Shown: one piece after another, positions 22,006 to 32,310 of the stretch
How the letters are laid out: each line of letters begins with the position of its first letter
Numbering within the stretch: the first letter of the stretch is position 1
Origin: Longimicrobiales bacterium
Lineage (GTDB): Bacteria; Gemmatimonadota; Gemmatimonadetes; Longimicrobiales; Gaopeijiaceae
Assembly (NCBI GenBank): GCA_965116905.1
Contig: OZ220732.1
Location: forward strand, 64,001 to 128,000
Direction: 5' to 3'
DNA length: 64,000 nt
Program-made: the position numbers and the translations under genes
The notes under the pieces: model-generated
What the model was told of the DNA's origin: nothing
Seen by the model: the letters and a program-made list of their open reading frames with translations, nothing else
Databases searched by the model: none

Positions 22006-22439
22006 TCGCGGTCGACACCAACGTGCTGGTGTACGCGCACCGCCGCGAATGCCGCGCGCACGAAGCGGCCGAGGAGGTGCTGCGGGCGCTGGCCGAGGGA
22101 GGTCGGCGGTGGGCGATTCCCTGGCCCTGCTGCTACGAGTTTCTCAGCGTGGTGACCAACCGCCGGATCTGGCGGGGCGCAGAGTCGTCTCCAGATGAGG
22201 CGTGGAGCCAGCTGCAGGCCTGGATTGACTCGCCCTCGAACCGCCTGATCGGGGAGGCGCGCGGGTTCCCGGCCGTCCTCGAGCGCTTCGTGCGTCGCCC
22301 CCGGGTGCGCGGCCCGGTCGTCCACGACGCACGCGTGGCCGCGATTTGCCTGGCCCACGGTGTCGAGGAGCTGCTGACCAGGGATCGCGACTTCGCATTG
22401 TTCCCGGAGTTGAAGACGCGGAATCCGTTTGCCGGCTAG
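22002..22439 (+). CDS. vapC: PIN-domain toxin (second)
   Basis: MIAVDTNVLVYA, YEFL, HDARVAA, LTRDRDF. Confidence 0.9.
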   Translation: MIAVDTNVLVYAHRRECRAHEAAEEVLRALAEGGRRWAIPWPCCYEFLSVVTNRRIWRGAESSPDEAWSQLQAWIDSPSNRLIGEARGFPAVLERFVRRPRVRGPVVHDARVAAICLAHGVEELLTRDRDFALFPELKTRNPFAG

Positions 22440-24214
22440 CTGGGCCAGAAGAGGGGGATGAAGAGGCTGGCCGTGACCAGGAGGATGAGGTTGAGCAGGC
22501 CGCCCACCTTCACGAAATCCGAGAAGCGGTATCCGCCCGGACCGTAGATCATGACGTTGGTCTGATAGCCGAAGGGCGTGACGAACGAGGCCGATGCCCC
22601 GAACATGACGGCGACGAGCAGCGCGTAGGGGTTCACGCCGGCCTGCGTGGCCGCCAGGATCGCGACGGGTGTCAGCATCACCGCCGTCGCCGCGTTGGAC
22701 ACGATGGCGGTCATGATGGCGGTCACCAGATAGAAGGCCGCGATGAGTCCGGTCTCTCCCAGCGGCGCCGTCAGGGTCACCACCCAGCTCGCGAGCAACT
22801 CCGCCGCCCCGGTGGCCTCGAGCGCCACGCCGAGCGGAATAAGCCCGGCCAGCACGAAGATGACCAGCCACTCCACCTCCGCGTAGATCTCCTCCACGTG
22901 CACGCAACGCGTGAAGACCATGAGGCCGACGCCGGTGAGGGCGGCCGTCATGATGTCGAGGATCCCAAGGCTGGCACTGAGCACCACGCCGGCCATGATC
23001 GCCGCGGCGACGCCCGCCCGTGGCCTGCCCCCGGCCGGCGTCTTCACCTCGGCCATGGGCACGAACCCGGGATCGTCGGCGAGGCGTTCGAGCGCGTGCG
23101 TCGTTCCGTGTACCAGGAGCAGGTCGCCGACGCGCAGCGAGAGTTCCGCGAGCCTTTCCGACACCGTGACGCCGGTGCGCTGGACAGCGAGCACCGTCGA
23201 ATCGAAGCGCTGCCCGAAGTCCGAGTCGCGCAGCGTCCGGCCCACGAGACTCGAGCCGGGCGCCACGAGCACCTCGACCAGCCGACCACGCCCGGCGGTC
23301 AGGTCCAGCTCCTGCTCATCCCCTTCCCGTGGCGTCTTGAGCCGCTGCCTGCGCACGAGGTCGACAAGGCTCTCGGCGGACCCCTGCACGTACAGGATGT
23401 CGCCGGGCCGGATGTGACGGTCGCCATGGGGGGCCGTGATCTCCTCTTCATCCCGCTCGATATCCAGCACGGTGACGTCGTAGCGTTCGCCCCACCCGAG
23501 CTCGGACAGCGTGCGGCCGTTCGCGGGCGAATCCTCCGGCACGTGCAGTTCCGTGACAAACCGGCGGACATCGTATTTTCCGGCCAGGTCCGGCGGCCGG
23601 CTGCGCCGAGGCAGGAGCACCCGGCCGGCGGTGAAGAGATACAGCAGCCCCACGGCGAGACAGATCAGGCCCAGCGGGGTGATCGAAAACATGCGGAGTT
23701 CGTCGAACCCCCGGCTCATCGCTTCGCCGTGCACGACCAGATTGGTGGAGGTCCCCATCAGGGTGACGGTGCCTCCGAGGATCGAGACGAAGGAGAGCGG
23801 CATGAGGTACCGCGAGGGCGGCTCCCCGGCCTGATCCGCAAGCGCGATGAAGACGGGAATGAACACCATCACGACCGCGGTGGTCATGAGGAACGGGGAG
23901 AGGAACGCGCAGACGAGGCAGAGTACGAGCAGGCGCGTGTACTTGCCGCCGAGGGGAGCGGTTCGCGCCCACGCCCCGATCGCGGACACGAGGCCCGTCT
24001 TGCGGAGCCCCAGCCCGAGCACGAGCATCGAGCCGACCGTCACGGTCGCACGGCTTGATAGGCCCGACACCGCCTGGGCGGGTGTGAGGATGCCGCTCAG
24101 GAGGAGGACCACGGGCACCGCCATGGCGACCTGGTCCAGCCGCAGCCGGTCGAGGGCAAACAGGACCAGAGCCGCAAGGGTCAGGCCGAGCACGAATACG
24201 ATGTCGAACGTCAT
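22436..24214 (-). CDS. SLC13 family permease with TrkA-C domains
   Basis: LGGTVTLMGTSTN, two RCK_C repeats, VSNAAT, FVTPFGYQTN. Confidence 0.92.
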   Translation of the reverse strand: MTFDIVFVLGLTLAALVLFALDRLRLDQVAMAVPVVLLLSGILTPAQAVSGLSSRATVTVGSMLVLGLGLRKTGLVSAIGAWARTAPLGGKYTRLLVLCLVCAFLSPFLMTTAVVMVFIPVFIALADQAGEPPSRYLMPLSFVSILGGTVTLMGTSTNLVVHGEAMSRGFDELRMFSITPLGLICLAVGLLYLFTAGRVLLPRRSRPPDLAGKYDVRRFVTELHVPEDSPANGRTLSELGWGERYDVTVLDIERDEEEITAPHGDRHIRPGDILYVQGSAESLVDLVRRQRLKTPREGDEQELDLTAGRGRLVEVLVAPGSSLVGRTLRDSDFGQRFDSTVLAVQRTGVTVSERLAELSLRVGDLLLVHGTTHALERLADDPGFVPMAEVKTPAGGRPRAGVAAAIMAGVVLSASLGILDIMTAALTGVGLMVFTRCVHVEEIYAEVEWLVIFVLAGLIPLGVALEATGAAELLASWVVTLTAPLGETGLIAAFYLVTAIMTAIVSNAATAVMLTPVAILAATQAGVNPYALLVAVMFGASASFVTPFGYQTNVMIYGPGGYRFSDFVKVGGLLNLILLVTASLFIPLFWPS

Positions 24215-24300
24215 GTGGAGATGTTCGTCCCCTACGGAGCTCGGCGCCAGTGCGATGGGCGCCCTGGGCCGGTCACGGCGTTGTGCACAGTTTGCACGGA

Positions 24301-24567
24301 ATGGAGGCGTCGACTGTTCTTGTTAGTAGAGAGGGGATCTTTTCACGGACAGGCAGGAGCAGGCAAATGGTGAAGGGCGTTACGATGACGATGTTCGACG
24401 GAGAGCCGACGCTGGTGTTCTGGCACGTTATGGATATCGACAAGGGCATGGCCGCGAGCCGGGACATGGGCCTGCCGGTAACCAGCCCTCGGGAGGTCTC
24501 GGAAGAGATCACCAGGCGCATCTGGCAATCGCTCCTGGATGACCCGGAACCTGAGGAGGCGGAATAG
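24301..24567 (+). CDS. Small hypothetical protein
   Basis: Fills an intergenic gap with protein-like composition; start uncertain. Confidence 0.35.
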   Translation: MEASTVLVSREGIFSRTGRSRQMVKGVTMTMFDGEPTLVFWHVMDIDKGMAASRDMGLPVTSPREVSEEITRRIWQSLLDDPEPEEAE

Positions 24568-24592
24568 AGTTGGCGACCCCGGTGGATCGAAG

Positions 24593-25675
24593 TCAGCCGG
24601 GGGCACCCGATTCCACCGCGACCCGCAGTCCCGCCCGGATGAACGCCCACTGAAACCGCATCTGGTCGCGGACGGGCATGGCTGTAAGGCCGGCCGCGGC
24701 CACTTGCTCGCGTACGGCTGCCTCCTCAGGCACGCCCATCTCCTCGCCTCCGGCTACCGCGCTTGCCTGGGCACTGCCGGCCGCCCTCAAGCGCGCTTCC
24801 CAGTCCGCGATCCGCTCGCGCCACCTCATCAGCACGGGATCCGGCGGCCCCAATTCGGCCCCCACACCCGGGGTGATGAAGAGCGGCATTTCGGTCACCA
24901 GGGTGAGCGGGTCTCCGCCCAGCGCGCGCACCGCCTCCATCGAGCTGGGACGAAAACGCGCGGCCGTCTCGCGGTCCCCGAGGTCGAGGAAGTGCCGCCT
25001 CATCGCGCGGCTGTCCGGGCGACTGCAGAACCCGCGCCCCAGGCGGTGGAAGCCCTTCTCGCCATCGCGCTCCACGTCGTGCAGCGTGTAGCCGGCATCC
25101 TCGACCGCGCGGGTGAGCGACGCGGCTGCGTCTCCGAATCGAGGCCACCAGGACCGCTCGACGAGGAAGTATGGGCCAGCGGCCACGCTCATGCCGTGCA
25201 TGCTCACGTGAAGGTGGTACGGCGCGCCCGCCCGCCAGAACTCCCACGCGGCCCGGTTCTCGGGGCGGGCGCCCGGGTCGTCGTCGCCGCGCGGGAAGCC
25301 GAATTCGATGTCGTCGCCGGGAAGTTCCCGCACCCGATGGCGCAGATACGCGACGAAGTCGTAGCTGTCGGCACCGGGCGTCTGCCACGCCGCGTTGGCG
25401 CGTGCGCCGTCGGGATTCACGTGCGGGATCACGGACCAGGTGGCCAGGCCGCGCAGTTGCGCCCCGGCCGGACCGGCAAGGTAGCGGACCAGGCGGTCCA
25501 GAAACCGCGGCCCCACCGGCTCGTCGGCGTGGCAACCCCCGATCAGGCTGACGCGCAGGGGTCCGCTGCCGATCGTATACGCGAGGATCGGCCGCCCCTC
25601 GCGGGTGCGGCCGATCTCGGCATCCGGTGGCCGGGGGTTGTCACAGTTGACGATGCGGTCGATGGTTGCCGCCAA
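24593..25675 (-). CDS. M14 zinc carboxypeptidase family
   Basis: IGRTREGRPI, GCHADEP (HxxE), PHVNPDG, SMHG. Confidence 0.8.
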   Translation of the reverse strand: MAATIDRIVNCDNPRPPDAEIGRTREGRPILAYTIGSGPLRVSLIGGCHADEPVGPRFLDRLVRYLAGPAGAQLRGLATWSVIPHVNPDGARANAAWQTPGADSYDFVAYLRHRVRELPGDDIEFGFPRGDDDPGARPENRAAWEFWRAGAPYHLHVSMHGMSVAAGPYFLVERSWWPRFGDAAASLTRAVEDAGYTLHDVERDGEKGFHRLGRGFCSRPDSRAMRRHFLDLGDRETAARFRPSSMEAVRALGGDPLTLVTEMPLFITPGVGAELGPPDPVLMRWRERIADWEARLRAAGSAQASAVAGGEEMGVPEEAAVREQVAAAGLTAMPVRDQMRFQWAFIRAGLRVAVESGAPG

Positions 25676-25677
25676 CG

Positions 25678-26316
25678 CTAGCCGCCCTCGAGGGCCGCGC
25701 CGGGGCCCGGGTCAATCCGTTCGACATCCACCCCACACACCGTTCCCGCGCGTTCTCCAAACAGCTGTGGCTCGGCAAAGTTCTGGACGGCACCAGCACT
25801 GAATGCCATGTCGAACACGCACGTCCCCCAGCGGTCGTCCAGTTCCCAGTCCACCGCACCGCCAACCGTCCCTTCCATGCGGAACTCAAGGTCCGTTCCC
25901 GTTCCCGAAATGGTCATCTCGACGCGAAACTCGGGGTTGCCGTCCACCGTGAACTCCCAGCCCTCGCTCGACAGCGAGCACCTGTCCGGGTCGAGAGTGA
26001 ACTCGACGGTCGTGCGGGTCGTGTCGCCCGACATTTCCAGGGTGCTGGTGAACGTTCTCGTCACCTGTCCTGCCATAGGACATGCCAATACCCCGTCAAA
26101 CAGCGTCCCGGAAACGACATTGGGAGCCGTGTCGCCTACCAGTGCCATCATCCCCAGCAGGAGCGCTTCCGCCTCTCGGGGCGAGAGCGGCTCTCCGGGT
26201 TCAGTGGCGCCGTCGCCGCACGCCACAGACGCAGTCGTGACCAGGACTGCGAGGATCGCCCATAGCCGGTTTGCACGCGTCCGCACGTCCAACCTCCGCA
26301 CGTCCAACCTCCGCAC
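25678..26316 (-). CDS. Hypothetical lipoprotein (paralog B)
   Basis: Lipobox SVAC; clear similarity to the upstream neighbour; three alternative GTG starts (26316, 26301, 26286). Confidence 0.75.
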   Translation of the reverse strand: MRRLDVRRLDVRTRANRLWAILAVLVTTASVACGDGATEPGEPLSPREAEALLLGMMALVGDTAPNVVSGTLFDGVLACPMAGQVTRTFTSTLEMSGDTTRTTVEFTLDPDRCSLSSEGWEFTVDGNPEFRVEMTISGTGTDLEFRMEGTVGGAVDWELDDRWGTCVFDMAFSAGAVQNFAEPQLFGERAGTVCGVDVERIDPGPGAALEGG

Positions 26317-26318
26317 GT

Positions 26319-26927
26319 CTAACCCTCCACCCCGATGCCGATCGCGTCGAACTCCACCTCCAGACCGCACATCATCCCGGAAAAGGTGGCTCTCGGGGTC
26401 GGATCCGTTCCCGCCGGGTCGATGTCCGCGCTGAGGATCAGATCGATCATGCACGTGCCGGAGCGGCCGTCCAACCGCCAGTCCAACCCGCCGGTAATCG
26501 ACCCCTCAATCTGGAACTCCAGGGTCGGTCCGGCGATCCCGAGGGCTACGACCGTTTGCACATTCGGATTACCGTCCAGAGTGAACTCATAGCCCTCGCT
26601 GGACAGCACACACCCTGCCGGGTTGAGCGTGACGTTCGTGACGACGCGGGCCGTGTCGCCCGCCTGCTCTTCCCTGATGCCCACCACCGCCGTCACCTGT
26701 CCGCCCAGCGGACAGGCAATCACGCCGCCATCCGGCGTCACGGCAACGAAACTCGCAGCCGTGTCACTGGCCAGTTCCTGGACTCCGAGGTAGAGCGCCT
26801 CGGTTTCGTCCATGTTGAGCGGCTCGGCCGGAGCGGTGGTGCTGTCATCACACGCCATCACCGCGGTCGTGAAAAGCCCGCCCATGAAGAGCATGCCCAA
26901 CCTTGTACACCGTTGATGCGCTGACAT
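26319..26927 (-). CDS. Hypothetical lipoprotein (paralog A)
   Basis: GGAGG RBS; lipobox VMAC; ACPLGGQVT, EFTLDGNP. Confidence 0.78.
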   Translation of the reverse strand: MSAHQRCTRLGMLFMGGLFTTAVMACDDSTTAPAEPLNMDETEALYLGVQELASDTAASFVAVTPDGGVIACPLGGQVTAVVGIREEQAGDTARVVTNVTLNPAGCVLSSEGYEFTLDGNPNVQTVVALGIAGPTLEFQIEGSITGGLDWRLDGRSGTCMIDLILSADIDPAGTDPTPRATFSGMMCGLEVEFDAIGIGVEG

Positions 26928-27018
26928 TGCGGCCTCCCTTGTGTTCAGCCGTACACGGGACAGTCCTTCAACTGCGTCCTACCCCGGAGGTGCGTGCTTG
27001 TTCTACGTTAACCGCGGA

Positions 27019-28290
27019 ATGACCGATACATCGCTGAAACTGTCCCACTTCGAGGCCGGCCTCCTCGACGGCGCATCCGACCCCGCGGTGCAGCTCGCCA
27101 TGGGCATCGTCGTGCGCATGGGAGAGATCCTCGGAGCCCGCGACCTCGTCGAGATCACCTCCTCGCACATCGACGGGTGCCTCTACCACGGCGACGGTGG
27201 CGTGGAATTCGCCGAGCGGCTGGTGGACCTGGAAGGCAGGGTTTCCGTCCCCGCAACGCTGAACGTGGGCGCACTCGACCTGCTCCACCCCTCGCGCGTG
27301 CGGTCACGGGGCCACAAGCGCGAAATGGCGCTCCGCCAGATGCGCGCGTACCAGGCGCTCGGCTGCACCCCGACATGGACGTGCGCACCGTACCAGGCCG
27401 GACACCGTCCCGCGCCGGGCGAGCACGTCGCATGGGGCGAGAGCAACGCGGTGTGCTTCGCCAACTCGGTGCTGGGCGCGCGCACGAACCGCTACGGCGA
27501 CTTCATGGACATCTGTTGCGCGCTCGCGGGACGGGCGCCGCGCACCGGACTCCACCTGGACGGCGCACGCCGCGCTACCGTCGTGGTCGACACAGGCGCC
27601 GTCGCGCCCGAGTTGAAGACGCGCGATGTCTTCTACCCGGTGCTCGGCACATGGCTGGGTGCTGCCGTGGACGACCGTGTGGCCGCCATCACCGGGCTGC
27701 CCGGAGACGTCACCGAGGATCAGCTCAAGGCCATGGGAGCCGCCGCGGCATCGTCGGGCGCGGTCGGGCTCTTCCACGTCGTGGGCGTCACCCCCGAGGC
27801 GCCGGACCTCGCGACCGCACTGGGCGGGGCTTCCCCCGGGGCCGGCGCCGTCTTCGCACCGCGCCCGAACGAGCTCCGTACCGTGCGGGATACGCTGAGC
27901 ACGGCCGGCGCGGGCCGGATCGACGCCGTGGCGGTGGGCAGCCCGCACTTCTCCCTCACCGAGTTCGACCGCCTCGAAGCGCTCCTGCCGGGCACCCCGT
28001 TCGACGTGCCCTTCTATGTCTGCACCGGTCGCTCGGAGTACCGCCGCCTCGAATCCGCAGGCCGTCTGGACCACTTCCGCGACGCGGGCGTGGAGATCGT
28101 CGTCGATACATGTGTCGTCGTCACGCCCATCCTTCCCCCGAAAGACGGTGTCCTCATGACGAATTCGGGCAAGTTCGCGCACTATACCCCGTCCAATACC
28201 GGGTACGGGGTGGTCTATGGCAGCCTGGAGGACTGTGTGCGGTCGGCGGCGAGGGGTCGAGTCGTCAGGGACGAGAGTCTGTGGAGCTGA
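27019..28290 (+). CDS. Aconitase X catalytic subunit (DUF521)
   Basis: HIDGCLY, WTCAPY, AWGESNAV, GARTNR, SPHFS, DTC, MTNSGKFAHY. Confidence 0.9.
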   Translation: MTDTSLKLSHFEAGLLDGASDPAVQLAMGIVVRMGEILGARDLVEITSSHIDGCLYHGDGGVEFAERLVDLEGRVSVPATLNVGALDLLHPSRVRSRGHKREMALRQMRAYQALGCTPTWTCAPYQAGHRPAPGEHVAWGESNAVCFANSVLGARTNRYGDFMDICCALAGRAPRTGLHLDGARRATVVVDTGAVAPELKTRDVFYPVLGTWLGAAVDDRVAAITGLPGDVTEDQLKAMGAAAASSGAVGLFHVVGVTPEAPDLATALGGASPGAGAVFAPRPNELRTVRDTLSTAGAGRIDAVAVGSPHFSLTEFDRLEALLPGTPFDVPFYVCTGRSEYRRLESAGRLDHFRDAGVEIVVDTCVVVTPILPPKDGVLMTNSGKFAHYTPSNTGYGVVYGSLEDCVRSAARGRVVRDESLWS

Positions 28291-28772
28291 CCAGCGGCCC
28301 AACCGGCGACGCACCGGTCGCGGCGCGCGGCAGCGAGCCTGCGACGATCCACGGCACCGCACTGCATGGGGGGTCCGCCGCGGGAACCCTGTTCGTCCTC
28401 CGCAAGCCGGTCAGCTTCTGGGGCGGTGTGGATCCCGTGAAGGGGATCGTCGCCGATCCGCGCCACCCTCAGCACGGGGCACCGCTAAGCGGCCGCATCC
28501 TGGTGATGGAGCGCACGATCGGGTCCAGTTCGTCCAGCGCGATCATGCTGGAACTGCTGCGCAACGACGTGTCGCCCGCCGGCATCGTGCTCGGCCGCCC
28601 GGACGCCATTCTCATGCTCGGCATCCTTGTGGCCCGTGAACTGGGGTACCCTACGGTGCCGGTCGTGCAGGTCGACGAATCCGGGATCGAGCGCCTGGCG
28701 CGAGCCGACGGGCGCCGCGCCACGATCAGCGACGGCGCGGTAGAGGTGGAGGAGGCGGCTGGCCCGGGCTGA
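28281..28772 (+). CDS. Aconitase X swivel subunit (DUF126)
   Basis: SFWGGVDP, HPQHG, GSSSSS; GTG overlaps the upstream stop. Confidence 0.88.
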   Translation: MELTSGPTGDAPVAARGSEPATIHGTALHGGSAAGTLFVLRKPVSFWGGVDPVKGIVADPRHPQHGAPLSGRILVMERTIGSSSSSAIMLELLRNDVSPAGIVLGRPDAILMLGILVARELGYPTVPVVQVDESGIERLARADGRRATISDGAVEVEEAAGPG

Positions 28773-28830
28773 GCGTCGGAGGCGGGCCTTCGCCTCTCAC
28801 CGTCAGGGCATCCCCGCCAGGGCATCCCCG

Positions 28831-30000
28831 TCAGGGCAGCGCGTAACGCTCCAGGTACTGCAGCCCGTACTCGTCCATCCGCACCACGTAGATCTTCCCG
28901 TCGCCGAAACTCACGACCCGGCGCCCGGGTAGCAGCTGCACCACCATCCTTCGCTCGCCCGTCCCGTCGAAGACGTCGTACACGGGTGCCTCGCCGGCAT
29001 CGAGATGACGCCTTACCCACGCGCGGCCCGCCGGGTCCACCGGTACGGGGCGCCCGTAGAACGCCGGGGCGTAGTCCGGCCACTCATACTGGTCCAGATC
29101 GTCGTCGTTCGAAGCCCCGCCGCGGCTGGCGGTCATGGTCATCGCGTTGTTCGAGACCGACAGCGAGATGCCGAGACCCCCGCCGGTCTCCGATCGCGAA
29201 TCCGCCCACTCCTGGCGTTCTCCACGTCCGATGCGGACAGGCTCGTACGCCACGGCGGGTCCGCTCACCACGTCCCCACCGGACCCGATCCAGTCGACGT
29301 GATAGTCCCCGGACCGGACGATCACCACGCGCCCATCGGCAGCGACTCCCCACGCGTCGGCCGCCGAAAGCGGGATCGGACTGACCGAGGTGTTCTGGTT
29401 GTTCGGCCCGCCGCTGGTACGTGTCGTGGTTCCGGCCAGCTTGATCCGGCCAACCGAGTCCACCACCTCGGATTCCAGGTCCAGACGGAGGATGTACGCC
29501 GAGTCAGAGGCCAGCTCACCACCACCCATCCGGCCGAAGCTGCGGAAGTAGAGGCGGCCCCGGTCGTCCACGGCCTGCGGAATGGCGAGCACCAGTTCGC
29601 GGCCGGGTCCGAGTTCGCCGATCGCGTACGGCCGGGTGTCCCCGAACTCGAGCTCGGGGCTCAGCTCGGTGAGCCGGCCGTTGCCGAGGTCGACCAGCAA
29701 CGTCTTGCCGCCTGGCAGCGGCCACACCGCATCCGGCTGCCGGTATTCCTCGGGGCCCTCCCCCACGCGTCCCAGCGTGTCGGCCGTGCCCGCGTCCAGG
29801 TCCAGCCGCATCAGCACCTGACCCAGGGCGTCCGCCACCAGCACCCGACCGTCGGGCATTTCACGCACGGTGGAGACCACGGAGAACGACTCTTCATACA
29901 CCGCTTCCGCATCACCCAGCGTCACGGGCTCCTGCGCGGCCAGAACGCCACCGGCCAGCGGCAGCCCGACCCCTCCCAGAATCGACAGCATCGTCTTCAT
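28831..30000 (-). CDS. Secreted 6-bladed beta-propeller (NHL-like) protein
   Basis: Signal peptide; GRVGEGPEEY, DGRV and DPAGRAWV blade motifs. Confidence 0.7.
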   Translation of the reverse strand: MKTMLSILGGVGLPLAGGVLAAQEPVTLGDAEAVYEESFSVVSTVREMPDGRVLVADALGQVLMRLDLDAGTADTLGRVGEGPEEYRQPDAVWPLPGGKTLLVDLGNGRLTELSPELEFGDTRPYAIGELGPGRELVLAIPQAVDDRGRLYFRSFGRMGGGELASDSAYILRLDLESEVVDSVGRIKLAGTTTRTSGGPNNQNTSVSPIPLSAADAWGVAADGRVVIVRSGDYHVDWIGSGGDVVSGPAVAYEPVRIGRGERQEWADSRSETGGGLGISLSVSNNAMTMTASRGGASNDDDLDQYEWPDYAPAFYGRPVPVDPAGRAWVRRHLDAGEAPVYDVFDGTGERRMVVQLLPGRRVVSFGDGKIYVVRMDEYGLQYLERYALP

Positions 30001-30147
30001 CCCTGCTCCTCACTCCTCACTTGTCCGCAGCTCCTGTCTCCGAACGCTCCTGGTTCGACGAACCGACGGGGCGCCGCGGTTGCCCACGACGCCCCGCCAG
30101 GTCTCGCGGCCCCAACAGGCCAGTTCCGACTTCCTTCGCTTTCCGAC

Positions 30148-32310
30148 CTACCGCACGAAGATCATGTCCCGGTAGGACGGCAGCGGCCACAGGTCGGTCG
30201 GGACAACGCCCTCCAGCTGGTCCGCCGCGTCCCGCACGGCATCCATCGCCGGGGCCACCCCGTGGCGCACATGCTGCAGGTGCGCGTTCATGTCGTCTCC
30301 GTCGTCCTCGTGCGCGAGCTGCCCTTCGAGCGCGTCGAGCGCCGCGACGAGTTCGTCGACCAGGCCGCCCACGGTCCCTGCGGTCGAATCGAGTCCGTTC
30401 GCTCCGGCGCCGCCGCTGCGGGCCGCCGCCAGGTCGCCAAGGTAGCGCACCGCGGCAGGCAGAATCATCGTCCGCCCCATGCTCAGAGCGGTCTCGCCCT
30501 CGGTCGTGATCCTGGTCACGTACTGCTCGGCCAGGACTTCGAAACGGGAGTGCACCTCTTCCTCGGAGAGCACGCCGTACTTGACGAACAGCGCCGTGTT
30601 CTTCGCGGAGACGATGTCGGGGAGCGCTTCCGCGCCGCTGGGGCTGTTCACCAACCCGCGCCGCGCCGCCTCTTCGACCCACTCCTGCGTGTAGTTGTCG
30701 CCGTTGAAGAGAATCTGGCGGAATCCGGAAACCTCGCGCGACAGCACGCTGCCCAGCGCCGCGCTCAGTCCCGCGCCATCGGCCATGGCGGCTTCCACCG
30801 CGCTGGTGAGCTCGTCGACCGACTCGGCCACGATGGTGTTGAGGACCGTCGCCGGGAACGAGATGCTGACCGCCGAGCCCAGCGCGCGGAACTCGAACTT
30901 GTTGCCGGTGAACGCGAAGGGTGACGTGCGGTTCCGGTCTCCCGAGTCCTTGGGCAGATCCGGGAGGATGCTCACCCCCAGGTCCATGAGGCCGCCGCCT
31001 CCGCCTTCCGAAGCCGTGCCCGAGTCCGCGATCTCCTCGAAGATGCCCTGGATCTCGTCACCAAGGAAGATCGAAATGATCGACGGCGGGGCCTCGTTGG
31101 CGCCCAGGCGGTGGTCGTTGCCGGCGCTGGCCACACACGCGAGCAACAGGTCCTGGTGCCGCTCCACCGCCCGCATGACCGCCGTGCAGAAGAAGAGGAA
31201 CTGCTCGTTCTCGTGGATCGACTTGCCGGGCTCCATCAGGTTCTGCGACGGCGTGCCGAACGACCAGTTCAGGTGCTTGCCGCTGCCGTTGATGCGCGCA
31301 TAGGGCTTTTCGTGCAGCAGACAGACCAGCCCGTACCGCGCCGCGTTCCTCTCCATGACCCGCATCATGAGCTGCTGGTGATCCGCAGCCACGTTGGCGT
31401 TCTCGTAGACCGGGGCGAATTCGAACTGCTGCGGCGCCACCTCGTTGTGACGCGTCTGCATGGGCACGCCCAGCCGGAAGAGGTCCGCTTCGACGGACTG
31501 AATGTACGCCATCATGCGGTCGTGAATCGCGCCGAAGTAGTGGTCGTCCAGTTCCTGGCCCTTGGGCGGCCTGGCGCCGAACAGCGTGCGGCCCGAGTTG
31601 ATGAGGTCCGGACGGCGGTAGTAGAACTCCTGGTCGATCAGGAAATACTCCTGCTCGGGCCCCAGGTTGGCCGACACCCGGCCCGTGTCGTCTCCGAAGA
31701 GCGCCAGGGCGCGCCGGGTGACCCGGTCCAGTGCGTCGATCGACCGGAGCAGCGGGGTCTTGTAGTCCAGGCTGTCGCCGGTCCAGCTCACGAACGCTGT
31801 GGGAATACAGAGGTAGGTCGCGCTCTCGCCGTGCAGGATGAACGCCGGCGACGTCGGATCCCAGGCCGTGTAGCCGCGGGCCTGGTGCGTGAAGCGCAGT
31901 CCGCCCGAGGGGAAGGAGGACGCGTCGGGCTCGCCCTTGATCAGCTGATCGCCCCCGAACTCGGTCAGTGCACGGCCGTCCCTGCCGACCTTGAGGAAGG
32001 TGTCGTGCTTCTCGGCCGTGCGGCCGGTCAGCGGCTGGAAGACGTGCGTAAAGTGGGTCGCGCCTCGCGAGAGAGCCCAGTCCTTCATTGCGGCGGCAAC
32101 GGCGTCCGCGACATCGGCAGTCGGTTTGTCGCCGTGTTCGATCGTCGCCATGAGCTGCTTGTAGATGCCTTCGGCGAGGCGATCCTGCATCTGAGAGAGC
32201 CCGAAAGCGTCTTCGCCGAAAACCTCGGCGAGGTGGTACGGTTCCCTGGACGCGGGGGTCCAGGTGCGGACGGCGTTGACGGAATCAAAGGGCTTCGCGG
32301 AGTGGGCCAT
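30148..32310 (-). CDS. glnA: Glutamine synthetase type III
   Basis: [56 protein letters not shown]. Confidence 0.96.
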   Translation of the reverse strand: MAHSAKPFDSVNAVRTWTPASREPYHLAEVFGEDAFGLSQMQDRLAEGIYKQLMATIEHGDKPTADVADAVAAAMKDWALSRGATHFTHVFQPLTGRTAEKHDTFLKVGRDGRALTEFGGDQLIKGEPDASSFPSGGLRFTHQARGYTAWDPTSPAFILHGESATYLCIPTAFVSWTGDSLDYKTPLLRSIDALDRVTRRALALFGDDTGRVSANLGPEQEYFLIDQEFYYRRPDLINSGRTLFGARPPKGQELDDHYFGAIHDRMMAYIQSVEADLFRLGVPMQTRHNEVAPQQFEFAPVYENANVAADHQQLMMRVMERNAARYGLVCLLHEKPYARINGSGKHLNWSFGTPSQNLMEPGKSIHENEQFLFFCTAVMRAVERHQDLLLACVASAGNDHRLGANEAPPSIISIFLGDEIQGIFEEIADSGTASEGGGGGLMDLGVSILPDLPKDSGDRNRTSPFAFTGNKFEFRALGSAVSISFPATVLNTIVAESVDELTSAVEAAMADGAGLSAALGSVLSREVSGFRQILFNGDNYTQEWVEEAARRGLVNSPSGAEALPDIVSAKNTALFVKYGVLSEEEVHSRFEVLAEQYVTRITTEGETALSMGRTMILPAAVRYLGDLAAARSGGAGANGLDSTAGTVGGLVDELVAALDALEGQLAHEDDGDDMNAHLQHVRHGVAPAMDAVRDAADQLEGVVPTDLWPLPSYRDMIFVR

